64,000 nt of DNA from Kiritimatiellia bacterium (GTDB lineage: Bacteria; Verrucomicrobiota; Kiritimatiellia; RFP12; JBMNHG01): NCBI GenBank assembly GCA_050950285.1, contig JBMNHG010000002.1:374296-438295 (forward strand), written 5' to 3'. The notes under the pieces were generated by a model. It worked only from the letters and a program-made list of their open reading frames with translations, was not told where the DNA came from and did not search any database. Both the position numbers and the translations under genes were made by a program. Shown here piece by piece: positions 48,912 through 59,105 of the stretch; the first letter of the stretch is position 1, and the number at the start of each line of letters is the position of its first letter.

Positions 48912-49024
48912 AGTGTACGCAGGTTGCACGCCGGTTGCAATTCCAAAGACCGCTTCGCGCGGCACGGCAGCATCCAGGGCGACGCGTTCTCGCATTGCAC
49001 GTCCGGTGGAGGGTCTGATATGAT
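48912..49024. promoter_or_regulatory. Divergent sigma70-like promoters for the MFS gene and the 2130-aa gene
   Basis: Minus strand TTGCAA-17-TACACT (48940-48912); plus strand TTGCAC-18-TATGAT (48995-49024). Confidence 0.5.
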
Positions 49025-49074
49025 AACCAGTATCCAACCGCAAGCACTTCCCCAACCGCGAAGGAGAACGCGAC

Positions 49075-52000
49075 ATGTATTCCCATTCCCAGCACGCGGG
49101 TGTTCCCCCCCGACTCCGGCTTTCGATTCTCGGAGCCGTCGTGGCGATCGCCGCGTCCCCGGGCGTCGCCGCCGGGATCACCGTGTCCGTCGTGGACGCC
49201 GAACGCGGCGTGCCGCTCGAATTCTGGGTGAAGGAATCCAAGCTCGCAAACGGACGCACGCTGGCCTACTGCGAACCCTTCCTCTTCATCGACGGCGTGC
49301 AGCGCCCCTATCCCGACCTCGGCGGCGGCATGGCCCTGCACGAAGGCGACGACGACATCGCCAGCTCGATCGCCGACGTGATCGGCGACGAAGGCGCCGC
49401 GGACGAATCCGCCATTCTTTCGGACAACCGCCCCCCCGAGCAGCGCAACCAGGGATGGGTCTCGAAGATCAAGGTCGATGGCCTCGCCGCCGGCGGGCAT
49501 GTCCTCCTGCCGGGCGGCGCCTCGTTCACCGTTGGCGGCAACGGGCTCCTCGCCGGGGCCGACGCCCCGCTCGAGGTCGCAAGCCCCCAGACCCTTCGCG
49601 TTCCCTGCCTGCCCCTCGACCTCGACCTCCCCGCCGCCCCCGCGCGAGAAGCCTACGCCACCATCGCCTCGGGCGGGAAATCCATCCACCGCCACATGCT
49701 CCGCTCCGACGGCGGCGTTTCCGTGCGCCTCTACCTCCCCGCATCCACCGAGCCCTATGAACTCCTGGTGGACGGGCTTCCCGGCAAGGCCGTCTTCGAC
49801 TTCTCGGCCGAGCAGGGCGTGACCGTCCGCTCCGAGACCTTCGGCGAGGCGAACGGGCTCGTCCTCCATGCCGACGGCAACGCCCTCGCCTTCCTCCCCG
49901 CTCCGGCCCAGGGCGCGGGCGACGAGCCGGGCGATTCCGTGGCGGAGGATTCCGCCGGCGCGACGCTTTCGCGGCGCGCCGCGAAAGCCCCCTCCGCCGG
50001 CGTGGTCACGGATCGTTCCGGCGACGCCCTCTACCTCTTCACCGACCGCTCGCGCCATGCGTACATGGAGGGCGAACCCATCGCGCTTTCGCTCCGCGCC
50101 GCCGGCGCACCCGCCCAGGCCGCGAAGGCCGACTTCGCGCTCGCGCCCGTCGGCACCGGAAACGGCGCGCCGCTTCCCGTGGGCTCCGCCGTCCTCCGCA
50201 AAGCCGGCGCCGGCGCCTTCGCCGACGTCGAACTCGACACCGCGCTGCTTCGCCCGGGCGACTACACCCTCACCGCCACATGCGGGGGGACCACCTCCAA
50301 TCCATTTCCCCTCACCATCGGCCCCGCCTTCCGCGCCACGAACATGAAGCTCCACACCTGGGAGAAGTGGGGCGGCGCCGACATGGCCCCCGATTTCCTG
50401 CGGACCGCCGTGCAGGCAGGGCTCAACCTCGTCTGCCAAGGCGCCGCTCCCGAACACGGCGCCACCGGCCTCACGCCGAACGGCTCCAACTTCGGCGAAC
50501 ACTACCGCACCCCGATGACCGTGGCCGACATCGCGGACGGCACGCCCCTCGAACTCGCGGAGCCCCCCACCGAGAACCAGGCCGGCATCGAATACCTCCT
50601 CGCCCACGGCGTCGAATCCATGCCCATCCTCTACGGCGCGAGCATCCTCTATTTCAACGTGGGAACCAACTTCCTCGACCACGCCGAAGACCGCTTCCAA
50701 AGCACCGCGCATTTCGGCATGGAATGGCGGCGCTTCCCGAACTTCGGCGGAATGTCCTATTGCTCCGGCGACGGCATGACCCCCGCCACCCAGGGCACGG
50801 TGTGGGGCACCACCGGAGTCGGCAGCTTCGACAACGTGCACTCCGAACGCCTCGACCGCCTGCGCGACGCCTTCGAAGCCGCCATCGGACCCATCGAGAT
50901 GGACGACTCCCTGTCCCGCGAGGACTGGCAGCGCGTGCAGGATCGCATGGACGGCGCATGGGGCTTCGGCTTCGGCCTGGAGACGCGCGTGACCGTCCGC
51001 GGCGAAGACGACCGGAAGATCAAATGGTTCGAATGGCTCAACGACATCTACCCCGCCGCCTTCCGCGACCAGCGCAAAGCCCTCTCCGGCCCGCTCCCGG
51101 ACCCCATCGTCAACGTCACCGGCACCTGGGGCTACGGAGCCGGCGGCGGCATGCACCCCGGCACCCTCTACCGCTTCGGCGACTTCTCCGTGAACGACGC
51201 CCACGGCGACTGGGGCGTAACGCCGTTCATGTACGTCAGCAATTCCGACGTCTACAACGGCATGGGCATGGAGGAACGCGGCCCGCGCACCTGGGAGGTG
51301 CTCGACATGGTGGGAATCCGCGAGGAGCTTTGCGGCTACAAGCTGCTCCTCCAAGCCCTTTCGCGCAACCCCGCGGGCATCGGACTGCAGAACCTCGGCC
51401 ACGACGAAATCGCGGCGGGCTGGGGCAAGCTCAAGCGCAAGAGCGAAACCCTCGCCCACCTCTTCGACATCGCCAGCCGCTACGGCGACGTCTACCGCCA
51501 GCTCGAACGCGTGGACGAAGTGGCCGTGGTCGGCTCCCTCCGCCAGGCCGCGCTCGGAGGACAGACCCTCTCCCGCCTCGTCGGCGCACACTACGCCCTC
51601 CAGAAGGCCGGGTGGCAGGCCAACTGCATCGAGGAAGCCTACTGCGTGAACCATCCCGAGATGCTCTCGAGGCGATTCAAGGCGCTTTGCCTCGTGGACA
51701 TGACCGCGGCGCCCTCGGAGGCCTTCCGCAAGGCCCTCGCCCGCTTCCGCGAGGAGGGCGGCATCCTCCTCGGCGACGCGGCCTCGAAGAACCTCGTGCC
51801 CGGCATCATCGAAATCCCCGTGATCCCCCTCGCCGGCGCGAACATGAACGACCACTGGGAAACCCAGACGAACTTCATGCCCGTCGCCCGGCAGGTCGCC
51901 GACATCCTCGCGCCGGCGCTGCCGTCCTTCTTCGAAACCGACGTGTACAATGTGACCGCCATCCGCAGCGCCGACGCCGACCTCGAATACTGGACCGTAT

Positions 52001-55000
52001 GGAACGACACCAAGGACGAAACCGTCGGCCCCGTGGACGGATGCGGCTTCCAGTTCACCTACCAGGGCACCAACGCCACCCTCGCCGCACGCGCCAAGGG
52101 AACGCTCTACGACGCCTTGCGCGGCGCACCCGCCGACGCGTACGAGACACCGGACGGCCTCGCCATCGACCTCGACTTCCGCACCTTCCCCGGCACCATC
52201 CTCGTGCTGGCCGATCGCCCCATCGACTCGCTGCGCCTCTCGCACTCCCCCGCCGTCGCCCCCGGCGCGCTCCTCCGCCTCTCCGCCGCCGCACTCGACG
52301 CCGACGGCCGGCCCTTCGAAGGGAAACTCCCGGCCGAGTTCACGGTGTCCGCCCCAGATGGAACGGTCCGCTACCGCATACGCCGCCCCACCAACACGCC
52401 CATCGAACTCAAGATCGCCGGCAACGACCCCGCAGGGACATGGAGCGTCCAGGCCGTCGACCAGGTCGCCGGCCTCTCCGTTGAATCCACCTTCGAGGTC
52501 GCCGGCGCCCGGCGCCTGCCGCAGGTCGCCGCGCTGGACCACATCGTCTCCGACGCGGAAAGCATCCACGCGCTCCTCGGGAACCACCCCGTGGACGTCC
52601 TCCTCTTCGCCGACCAAGCCAGCCTCCGGAAGCAGGGCGAGGCACTGGCCGCCAGACTGCGCGAAGCCGGCGTGGACGCGACCTTCCGCATCCTCCTTCC
52701 CTCGCAATTCCGCGAACACCCGATGCAGTGGCGCTACCGTACCATCGAGGACAGCGAATTCTTCGACGGCCTTTGCTCCGGGCTCTTCGCCGGAAGGCAC
52801 GTCCGGGGGAAGAACCAGCTGAACGACTTCCGGAACGACGGCGGCATCAAATACGCCTTCTACCAAAACTACACCGCGTCCGCATGCTACTCCTACCACC
52901 GCAACGTGATCCTCCTCGGCCAGGCCGGTGAAACCTCCAACCCGTTCCTCGACCACATCCTCCGCTACCGCATGATGCTCCGCAACCCGTCCCCCAACGT
53001 CCCGGCGCACGGACAGGGCCTGCTCGGCTATGCATGGAGCCCCTTCCACTACGGGAACGACGCGATCGTCGCCTACGGAAGCGACGCCGCCGGCCTCGCC
53101 GCCGCGTGTGGCGAGCTGGTCCGGATCGCTTCGCTCGACGAGCCCCCCGCGCCGGCATTCCGGCCCATCACCGGACGCGCCATCGTCGAAAACGGGCAGG
53201 TCTTCCGCTCCATGGGATATCCGGCTGCGGACCCTGCGGACACCGCCGTCGCCGAAGGCCGCGAATCCACGCGCGGATCCCTCCTCCCGCCTTCGTTCTC
53301 GCTGGAGATGGTGCAGGCGCTTCCCGCCGCCGACGGACGCATCGCCGTGCGACAGGAGCAACGCTCCGAAAAGGACGGCCCGAAGTACGTCGCCATCGAC
53401 GCCGACGCGAAATCCGCCGAACAGTTCAGGGCCGATCCCGCCATCGACGACGGCGCCGCGACCTTCGTCCGCTGGCTCGCCCTCGGCGACACCACCGCCC
53501 CCTGGCCCAACGCAAAGGCCGTGCGCCTCTCCGGCGGCCGCGCGCTCTCGCCCGTGGACACCGGCATCGGACTTTCCGACGCCGGAGGCAGGCCCGTCTG
53601 GTTCTACGATCCCTTCGAAAAGGCCGAAACCATCGACGAGGCCCGCTACCTCCGCGCCTGCATGCGCATCGCCGTCTCGCCCGACGAATCCACCCTGCTC
53701 GCGGCCTTCTTCGACTCCTATCCCGGCGCCGGAATGTCGCTCCACAACAAGAATCGCGGCGACGTCCTTTGGCTCGAAACCGCCACCGGCAAGGTCCTCG
53801 GGCGCATGGAAGGCTATCTCGGAAACGTGATGTCCATCTCCGCCGACAACCTTGCCGCCACCGTCCTCGACGACACCTCCGTGCGGGACGGCACGCATCC
53901 GTGCCGCTTCCATTGGAATCCCGAAGAAGACTTCGTCATCGCCTCGTTCGGACGCAACGGCGAAAAACATTGCGCCATGGCCATCGAACGCCCCGTGGAA
54001 TCCTGCCTCGTCAGCCGCGACGGACGCCTCGCGGTCCTCACCTACGCCGATCCACGCCGCATCGTCACCGTGGCCGACATGGTTGAAGGCGAACTGGCCC
54101 ACATCCCCTACCCCCGCGCCGATTTGGGCGTGGCCGTCGACGATTCCGGCGAGTTCGCGCTCGTCTCCTACTCGGACTCCACGCTCTGCAAGTTCCTGCG
54201 CGACGGTTCGCTCGCATGGCGCGTCGACACCCCGGCTCCCGGCGTTCCGGCCATCGGCAACGACGGCGCCTTCTGGTTCGCCACCCACGACGGCCGGCTC
54301 TATCCGCTCGCCGCCGACGGAACGGCCTCCGGCGGCGAGCCCGTGGACTTCGCCGAAGCCGACGTGGTGGACATCGCCGCCAACGGGCGCTTCGGCATTC
54401 CCCCCGGCCTGCGGCGCCCCGCGCCCGCCGCAGGCGACGCCCTCCCCCGAACGCTCTTCTCGACCGCCGCCGCGCCCGCGGACGTCCCCGCCGACTCCCT
54501 CCTCGACGGCGAAACGTCCGTCACCCTCGCCGTGCCCAAGCTGGAGCGGAACGAACTCGCCAAGGTGTGCGTAACCTACCAGCTCGACACGCCGGGAAGC
54601 GAACTGCACATCCGCTGGACCCGCGCGAACGGCGAGGAGCTGCTCTACCGCTTCCCGTATGCCGCGGAAGCGGCCGAAGCGGCGATTCCCATGCGCGAAG
54701 GCGGCGAGGTCCCGCTCGCGCTTTCGGTCCATGCCGGCGGAAAGGCCGAGCTCTCCCGGTGGCGCGTCGTGAAGGCGGCGCTCGACGAGGAACTCGACAA
54801 CGTGGCCTACGCCCCGCCCGTCAGGGCCGGAGGCGCCAAGGCGAGCGGCAACATCCAGGTGCCGCGCGTCATCGTGCCGAACGTATTTGCCTACATCGGC
54901 GACCTCCGCCAGGAACAGGCGGCCTACGGCTTCGCCCTCCCGCGCGGCGCGAAACTCGTGCTCCCGCCCGACCTCGCGGCCAGCCCCGGACAAACCCAGC

Positions 55001-55467
55001 CCTCCAGCTACTTCGATGGCGACGTCCTCCGCGGCGACCCCCTCTATCCGGTGGTCTACCCCTCCTACTTCGACCATCCCGACGGCATGCGGGATCTGCG
55101 CTCGGCGACGATCCTCATGGAGTTCGAAAAGCCCCGCTCGGTGCGCGGCATCGGCATCTGGGAGCACCCCCACGACCTGCCCACGGAGGCCTTCCTGCTC
55201 GAATGCTGCGACGCCTACGCCGTCAACCCGGAAACCAGGGTCCTCCAGGGCGACTGGAAGCTCGTCTGCGCGGGCCGCGGCAACCACGACTATTTCCACG
55301 CCATGGACTTCCCCGAAACCGAAGCGCGCGTCTGGCGCTTCACCATCGTACGCACTCCGGGCGCCATCCAGCGCGTGGCCGAAGTCGAACTCTACGGCTC
55401 CGCCCTCGACGAACTCATGGACTTCGACGTGGGAGGCGGCGACCTCCTCGACGACCTCGGATTTTGA
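49075..55467 (+). CDS. Very large (2130 aa) secreted multidomain protein, putatively glycan-active
   Basis: AAGGAG SD; signal peptide; host-like codon usage; segments resembling Ig folds, a GH42-type trimerisation domain, a beta-propeller and a C-terminal discoidin fold. Confidence 0.7.
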   Translation: MYSHSQHAGVPPRLRLSILGAVVAIAASPGVAAGITVSVVDAERGVPLEFWVKESKLANGRTLAYCEPFLFIDGVQRPYPDLGGGMALHEGDDDIASSIADVIGDEGAADESAILSDNRPPEQRNQGWVSKIKVDGLAAGGHVLLPGGASFTVGGNGLLAGADAPLEVASPQTLRVPCLPLDLDLPAAPAREAYATIASGGKSIHRHMLRSDGGVSVRLYLPASTEPYELLVDGLPGKAVFDFSAEQGVTVRSETFGEANGLVLHADGNALAFLPAPAQGAGDEPGDSVAEDSAGATLSRRAAKAPSAGVVTDRSGDALYLFTDRSRHAYMEGEPIALSLRAAGAPAQAAKADFALAPVGTGNGAPLPVGSAVLRKAGAGAFADVELDTALLRPGDYTLTATCGGTTSNPFPLTIGPAFRATNMKLHTWEKWGGADMAPDFLRTAVQAGLNLVCQGAAPEHGATGLTPNGSNFGEHYRTPMTVADIADGTPLELAEPPTENQAGIEYLLAHGVESMPILYGASILYFNVGTNFLDHAEDRFQSTAHFGMEWRRFPNFGGMSYCSGDGMTPATQGTVWGTTGVGSFDNVHSERLDRLRDAFEAAIGPIEMDDSLSREDWQRVQDRMDGAWGFGFGLETRVTVRGEDDRKIKWFEWLNDIYPAAFRDQRKALSGPLPDPIVNVTGTWGYGAGGGMHPGTLYRFGDFSVNDAHGDWGVTPFMYVSNSDVYNGMGMEERGPRTWEVLDMVGIREELCGYKLLLQALSRNPAGIGLQNLGHDEIAAGWGKLKRKSETLAHLFDIASRYGDVYRQLERVDEVAVVGSLRQAALGGQTLSRLVGAHYALQKAGWQANCIEEAYCVNHPEMLSRRFKALCLVDMTAAPSEAFRKALARFREEGGILLGDAASKNLVPGIIEIPVIPLAGANMNDHWETQTNFMPVARQVADILAPALPSFFETDVYNVTAIRSADADLEYWTVWNDTKDETVGPVDGCGFQFTYQGTNATLAARAKGTLYDALRGAPADAYETPDGLAIDLDFRTFPGTILVLADRPIDSLRLSHSPAVAPGALLRLSAAALDADGRPFEGKLPAEFTVSAPDGTVRYRIRRPTNTPIELKIAGNDPAGTWSVQAVDQVAGLSVESTFEVAGARRLPQVAALDHIVSDAESIHALLGNHPVDVLLFADQASLRKQGEALAARLREAGVDATFRILLPSQFREHPMQWRYRTIEDSEFFDGLCSGLFAGRHVRGKNQLNDFRNDGGIKYAFYQNYTASACYSYHRNVILLGQAGETSNPFLDHILRYRMMLRNPSPNVPAHGQGLLGYAWSPFHYGNDAIVAYGSDAAGLAAACGELVRIASLDEPPAPAFRPITGRAIVENGQVFRSMGYPAADPADTAVAEGRESTRGSLLPPSFSLEMVQALPAADGRIAVRQEQRSEKDGPKYVAIDADAKSAEQFRADPAIDDGAATFVRWLALGDTTAPWPNAKAVRLSGGRALSPVDTGIGLSDAGGRPVWFYDPFEKAETIDEARYLRACMRIAVSPDESTLLAAFFDSYPGAGMSLHNKNRGDVLWLETATGKVLGRMEGYLGNVMSISADNLAATVLDDTSVRDGTHPCRFHWNPEEDFVIASFGRNGEKHCAMAIERPVESCLVSRDGRLAVLTYADPRRIVTVADMVEGELAHIPYPRADLGVAVDDSGEFALVSYSDSTLCKFLRDGSLAWRVDTPAPGVPAIGNDGAFWFATHDGRLYPLAADGTASGGEPVDFAEADVVDIAANGRFGIPPGLRRPAPAAGDALPRTLFSTAAAPADVPADSLLDGETSVTLAVPKLERNELAKVCVTYQLDTPGSELHIRWTRANGEELLYRFPYAAEAAEAAIPMREGGEVPLALSVHAGGKAELSRWRVVKAALDEELDNVAYAPPVRAGGAKASGNIQVPRVIVPNVFAYIGDLRQEQAAYGFALPRGAKLVLPPDLAASPGQTQPSSYFDGDVLRGDPLYPVVYPSYFDHPDGMRDLRSATILMEFEKPRSVRGIGIWEHPHDLPTEAFLLECCDAYAVNPETRVLQGDWKLVCAGRGNHDYFHAMDFPETEARVWRFTIVRTPGAIQRVAEVELYGSALDELMDFDVGGGDLLDDLGF

Positions 55468-55487
55468 CGCCTTCAACGGCGCGGCCA

Positions 55488-55516
55488 TGGACAAGCGCAG
55501 GGGTTCCCGGTATCAT
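55488..55516 (+). promoter_or_regulatory. Promoter of rlmI (probably leaderless)
   Basis: TGGACA-17 nt-TATCAT, then 7 nt to the ATG at 55524. Confidence 0.55.
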
Positions 55517-55523
55517 GGGGCAC

Positions 55524-56714
55524 ATGTCTTCAACTGTCATCCTGAAACCCGACCGCGACTATGCGGTGTCGCGCCGCCACCCCTGGGTGTACTCGGGGGC
55601 CGTTGCCAAGGTGGAGGGGAAGCCGGCTCCGGGCGACACGGTGGCCGTGTGCACGGCCGACGGGGTCGCCCTGGGCACGGGCGCGTGGTCGCCCGAGTCC
55701 CAAATCCGCGTCCGGATGTGGGATTGGGACGCTTCGCTTCCGATTGACGAAGCCTTCTTCGCCCGGCGGGTCGCCGATGCCGTGAAGGTCCGCGCGCCGC
55801 TGGCCGCCCGGGCGGGGACGGATGCGATGCGCCTGGTGCACGGCGAGGCGGACGGGCTGCCGGGCGTCATTGCCGACCGCTACGCCGATTTCATCGTCTG
55901 CCAGTTCTCGACCACGGGCGCCGATCGCTGGAAGGCGTCGATCGCGCGGGCACTGGCCGACGCCTTCCCCTGCAAGGGTGTTTTCGAGCGTTCCGCCGCG
56001 GAGGCCCGCGCCCGCGAGGGGCTCGTCCCCTCCTCGGGCCCGCTTCTGGGCGAGACGCCGCCCGAATGCATCGTCATCCACGAGAACGGATGCAGCTTCG
56101 AGGTCAACGTGCACGACGGCCAAAAGACCGGATTCTACCTCGACCAGCGCGACAACCGGGCTTTCGTGGCGCAGTTCGCCAAAGGCGCCGAGATGCTCGA
56201 CGCCTTTTGCTATACGGGCGGCTTTGGCGTGGTGGCGGGACGCGCCGGCGCTTCGCACGTCACCCACGTCGATCTTTCCGGCCCTTCCCTTGCGCTAGCG
56301 CGCCGCAACGCGGAGCGTAACGGCGGCACGGCCGAAACGGACGAGTTTGTCGAAGCGAACGTCTTCGACCAGCTCCGCCGCTATCGGGACGCCCGCCGGA
56401 CCTTCGACCTCGTCGTGCTGGATCCCCCGAAGTTCGTAGACGCGAAATCCCATCTCATGGCGGGATGCCGCGGCTACAAGGACATCAATCTGCTCGCCAT
56501 GAAATTGCTGCGTCCGGGCGGATTTCTCGCCACCTTCTCGTGCTCCGGGCTCGTCACGCCGGACATCTTCCACAAGGTCGTTGCCGAAGCGGCCGTGGAT
56601 TCGGGCCGCGACGTACAGGTCCTTCGCCGACTCCAGCAGGCGCCCGACCACCCCGAGGGCATCGCCTTCCCCGAAGGGCTCTACCTCAAAGGCCTCCTCT
56701 GCCGCATTCGCTAA
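55524..56714 (+). CDS. rlmI: 23S rRNA m5C1962 methyltransferase
   Basis: RRHPWVY (PUA), GEADGLPG, GQKTGFYLDQRDNR, FCYTGGF, LDPPKF, FSCSG and YLKG motifs. Confidence 0.92.
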   Translation: MSSTVILKPDRDYAVSRRHPWVYSGAVAKVEGKPAPGDTVAVCTADGVALGTGAWSPESQIRVRMWDWDASLPIDEAFFARRVADAVKVRAPLAARAGTDAMRLVHGEADGLPGVIADRYADFIVCQFSTTGADRWKASIARALADAFPCKGVFERSAAEARAREGLVPSSGPLLGETPPECIVIHENGCSFEVNVHDGQKTGFYLDQRDNRAFVAQFAKGAEMLDAFCYTGGFGVVAGRAGASHVTHVDLSGPSLALARRNAERNGGTAETDEFVEANVFDQLRRYRDARRTFDLVVLDPPKFVDAKSHLMAGCRGYKDINLLAMKLLRPGGFLATFSCSGLVTPDIFHKVVAEAAVDSGRDVQVLRRLQQAPDHPEGIAFPEGLYLKGLLCRIR

Positions 56715-56753
56715 CGTCTATCCCATGCCTTCCCCCCACAAGAACACCCCATC

Positions 56754-57938
56754 ATGAAGCAGCCCCCATCCTCGTACATCTTCACCTCCGAATCCGTCTC
56801 CGAAGGCCATCCCGACAAAGTTTGCGACCAGATTTCCGACGCCATCCTCGACGCCTGCCTCGCTCGCGACCCCCGGGCGCACGTGGCGTGTGAAACGCTC
56901 GTTACCTCCAACTTCTGCGTGAACGCCGGCGAAATCACCTGCAAAAACTGGGAGACGGTCAATCCCGAGCAAATCGCGCGGTCCGTGGTGAAGGACATCG
57001 GGTACGTCGAGCCGGGCCTGGGCTTCTCCTACGACACCTTCAACTACGTTTGCGCCCTCCACGAGCAATCGCCCGACATCAACCGCGGCGTCGAACGCGA
57101 ACGCGACGAGGATCAAGGCGCGGGCGACCAGGGCATGATGTTCGGCTACGCCTGCAAGGAGACCCCCGAACTGATGCCCGCCACCGTGCAGCTCTCGCAT
57201 CGAATCCTCCGGCATCTCGCCTCCCTCCGCAAGACCGGGGAAATCCCCTACCTCAAGCCCGATTCCAAGGCGCAGGTTTCGATCCGCTACGAGAACGACC
57301 GCCCGGCCGCGATTACGTCCGTGGTGGTCTCCCATCAGACGGCCGACGTTCCGCTGTCGCGCATCCGCCGCGACCTCAAGGCCGCCGTGTCCGCCGTGCT
57401 CGAACCAACGGGGCTTCTGACGCGCAAGACCGAATGGCTCGTCAACCCCACCGGACGTTTCGTCATCGGCGGGCCGCAAGGCGACTCCGGCGTGACCGGA
57501 CGGAAGATCATCGTGGACACCTACGGCGGCGCGGGACGACATGGCGGCGGGGCCTTCTCCGGCAAAGACCCGTCGAAGGTGGACCGTTCCGCCGCCTACT
57601 ACGCGCGCTACGCCGCGAAGAACGTGGTCGCCGCCGGCCTTGCCGACAAGTGCGAAATCCAGGTGGCCTACGCCATCGGCATCGCCCGCCCCCTCTCCAT
57701 CAACGTAAACGTCTCCACCTTCGGAACGGGTGTCGTCGCCGACGACCGGATCGCCTCGGTCCTGATGGATGGCGGGATTTTCGACTTCCGTCCTGCGTCC
57801 CTCATCCGAGAACTGGGCCTGCTCGCCCCCAAGGGCTGGAGTTATCGCGAGACCTCCTGCTACGGCCACTTCGGACGGTCGCAGTTCCCGTGGGAGAAGA
57901 CCGACAAGGCGGACCGCCTGCGCAAGGCGCTTCGGTAG
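56754..57938 (+). CDS. metK: S-adenosylmethionine synthetase
   Basis: FTSESVSEGHPDK, GAGDQG, GRKIIVDTYGG, GGGAFSGKDPSKVDRS and YGHFGR motifs. Confidence 0.98.
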   Translation: MKQPPSSYIFTSESVSEGHPDKVCDQISDAILDACLARDPRAHVACETLVTSNFCVNAGEITCKNWETVNPEQIARSVVKDIGYVEPGLGFSYDTFNYVCALHEQSPDINRGVERERDEDQGAGDQGMMFGYACKETPELMPATVQLSHRILRHLASLRKTGEIPYLKPDSKAQVSIRYENDRPAAITSVVVSHQTADVPLSRIRRDLKAAVSAVLEPTGLLTRKTEWLVNPTGRFVIGGPQGDSGVTGRKIIVDTYGGAGRHGGGAFSGKDPSKVDRSAAYYARYAAKNVVAAGLADKCEIQVAYAIGIARPLSINVNVSTFGTGVVADDRIASVLMDGGIFDFRPASLIRELGLLAPKGWSYRETSCYGHFGRSQFPWEKTDKADRLRKALR

Positions 57939-57986
57939 CGGGCCGGCGTCCGACCGTGCGCCGGCCTGGCGGGGCGTCGCGCCCGG

Positions 57987-59105
57987 TCAATGGATTTCGA
58001 GCATGTCGTGGTCCGGGAAAGCCGGGAACGGCGCGTGGGGCTCGGCCTGGTACCAGAAGGCCACGGAGGCGATTTCCGAGGATTGCACGAGGTAGCGTCC
58101 GTCGGAGCGCCAGCCGAGATCCTGGATGGTCACGCGCAGATCCCGTTCGAAACGGATGGGGTCCATCACGTGCCAGCGGTAGAGGCCGAAGCGCTGCTGG
58201 GTGTTGTAGACGCCGTCGGGGCGGATGACCTGGAAGAGCCCGCTCCAGGGGGTGTTGAAGACTTCGTAGCGGTTGGCCTCGCCCAGTTTGTCGCCGAAGG
58301 TGCAGTGGTTGGCGGAAGCGGGGTCGAAGTTGTAGGAGCCAAGGAAATAGTCCTCCGTTCCGGTGCCGCAGAGCGTGGGCGCATCGTGGTCGCCGTCGAG
58401 GAAGAACTTGATTTCGCCCTCGCCCCACCATCCGTTGTTGCGGACGCCCCAGCCCATGACGGTTCCGACGTAGTGGCCCTGGCCTTCCACGCCGTCAAGA
58501 ATCGTGTGGACGCCGTCGACGACGGGGTTGGAGCGGCGGAACTGCGCATGAAGACAGGCGACGTCGTCGGGGACGTCCGTGAGCGTGTAGTCCACCTGGT
58601 AAAAGAGCGTGGTCGGTCGGGTGTCGAGATTTTCGAGGGTGATGCGGCAGCGCTTCCGGAAGGGCATCTCCCACCAGCAGTTCATGCCGGAGCCGGGGTT
58701 GTAGCACACGGGGAGGCTCGAGAGCCTCGCGAAGACTCCCCAGACATTGCCGAAGAAGGCGCCGACGGGCGCCTCGATGCTGGGCGTCGCTTCGTCATCC
58801 CAGTAGAAGCGCAGGATGCTGAAGCGCGGGTGGGGGGCGGTCATCCAGATGTGCTGGATGGCGCCGGGGCCCTGGATATCCGCCACCGGGAAGGTTTCGC
58901 CGGGGTCGATCGAGACGCAGGGGCGGACCTTCCAGCCCACGCCGAGGTCGCGTGCGGCGCCTTTGCCGGCGGGGTCGGCGAGCGCGCCGGCTCCTTTGGC
59001 GCCGTCCGGGTTCTCCGCGCTGATGGAGCGCGTCTTCGCATGGGAAAGGCGCGGAAGGGCGCCAAGGCTCATGCCGAGCCCGTTGAAGGGAGTGTCCGTT
59101 TTCAT
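57987..59105 (-). CDS. DUF2961 / GH172-like glycoside hydrolase
   Basis: RSISAENP.G.KG, GPGAIQHIW, WWGEGEIKF, GTGTEDYF and YRWHVMDPI motifs. Confidence 0.88.
   Translation of the reverse strand: MKTDTPFNGLGMSLGALPRLSHAKTRSISAENPDGAKGAGALADPAGKGAARDLGVGWKVRPCVSIDPGETFPVADIQGPGAIQHIWMTAPHPRFSILRFYWDDEATPSIEAPVGAFFGNVWGVFARLSSLPVCYNPGSGMNCWWEMPFRKRCRITLENLDTRPTTLFYQVDYTLTDVPDDVACLHAQFRRSNPVVDGVHTILDGVEGQGHYVGTVMGWGVRNNGWWGEGEIKFFLDGDHDAPTLCGTGTEDYFLGSYNFDPASANHCTFGDKLGEANRYEVFNTPWSGLFQVIRPDGVYNTQQRFGLYRWHVMDPIRFERDLRVTIQDLGWRSDGRYLVQSSEIASVAFWYQAEPHAPFPAFPDHDMLEIH

Noticed and set aside
47515..55494. 2659-aa minus-strand ORF
   Set aside because: Antisense shadow of the 2130-aa gene; high GC3 keeps the opposite strand open and no motifs are recognisable.
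56715..56753. SAM riboswitch upstream of metK
   Set aside because: The intergenic region is only 39 nt and unstructured.
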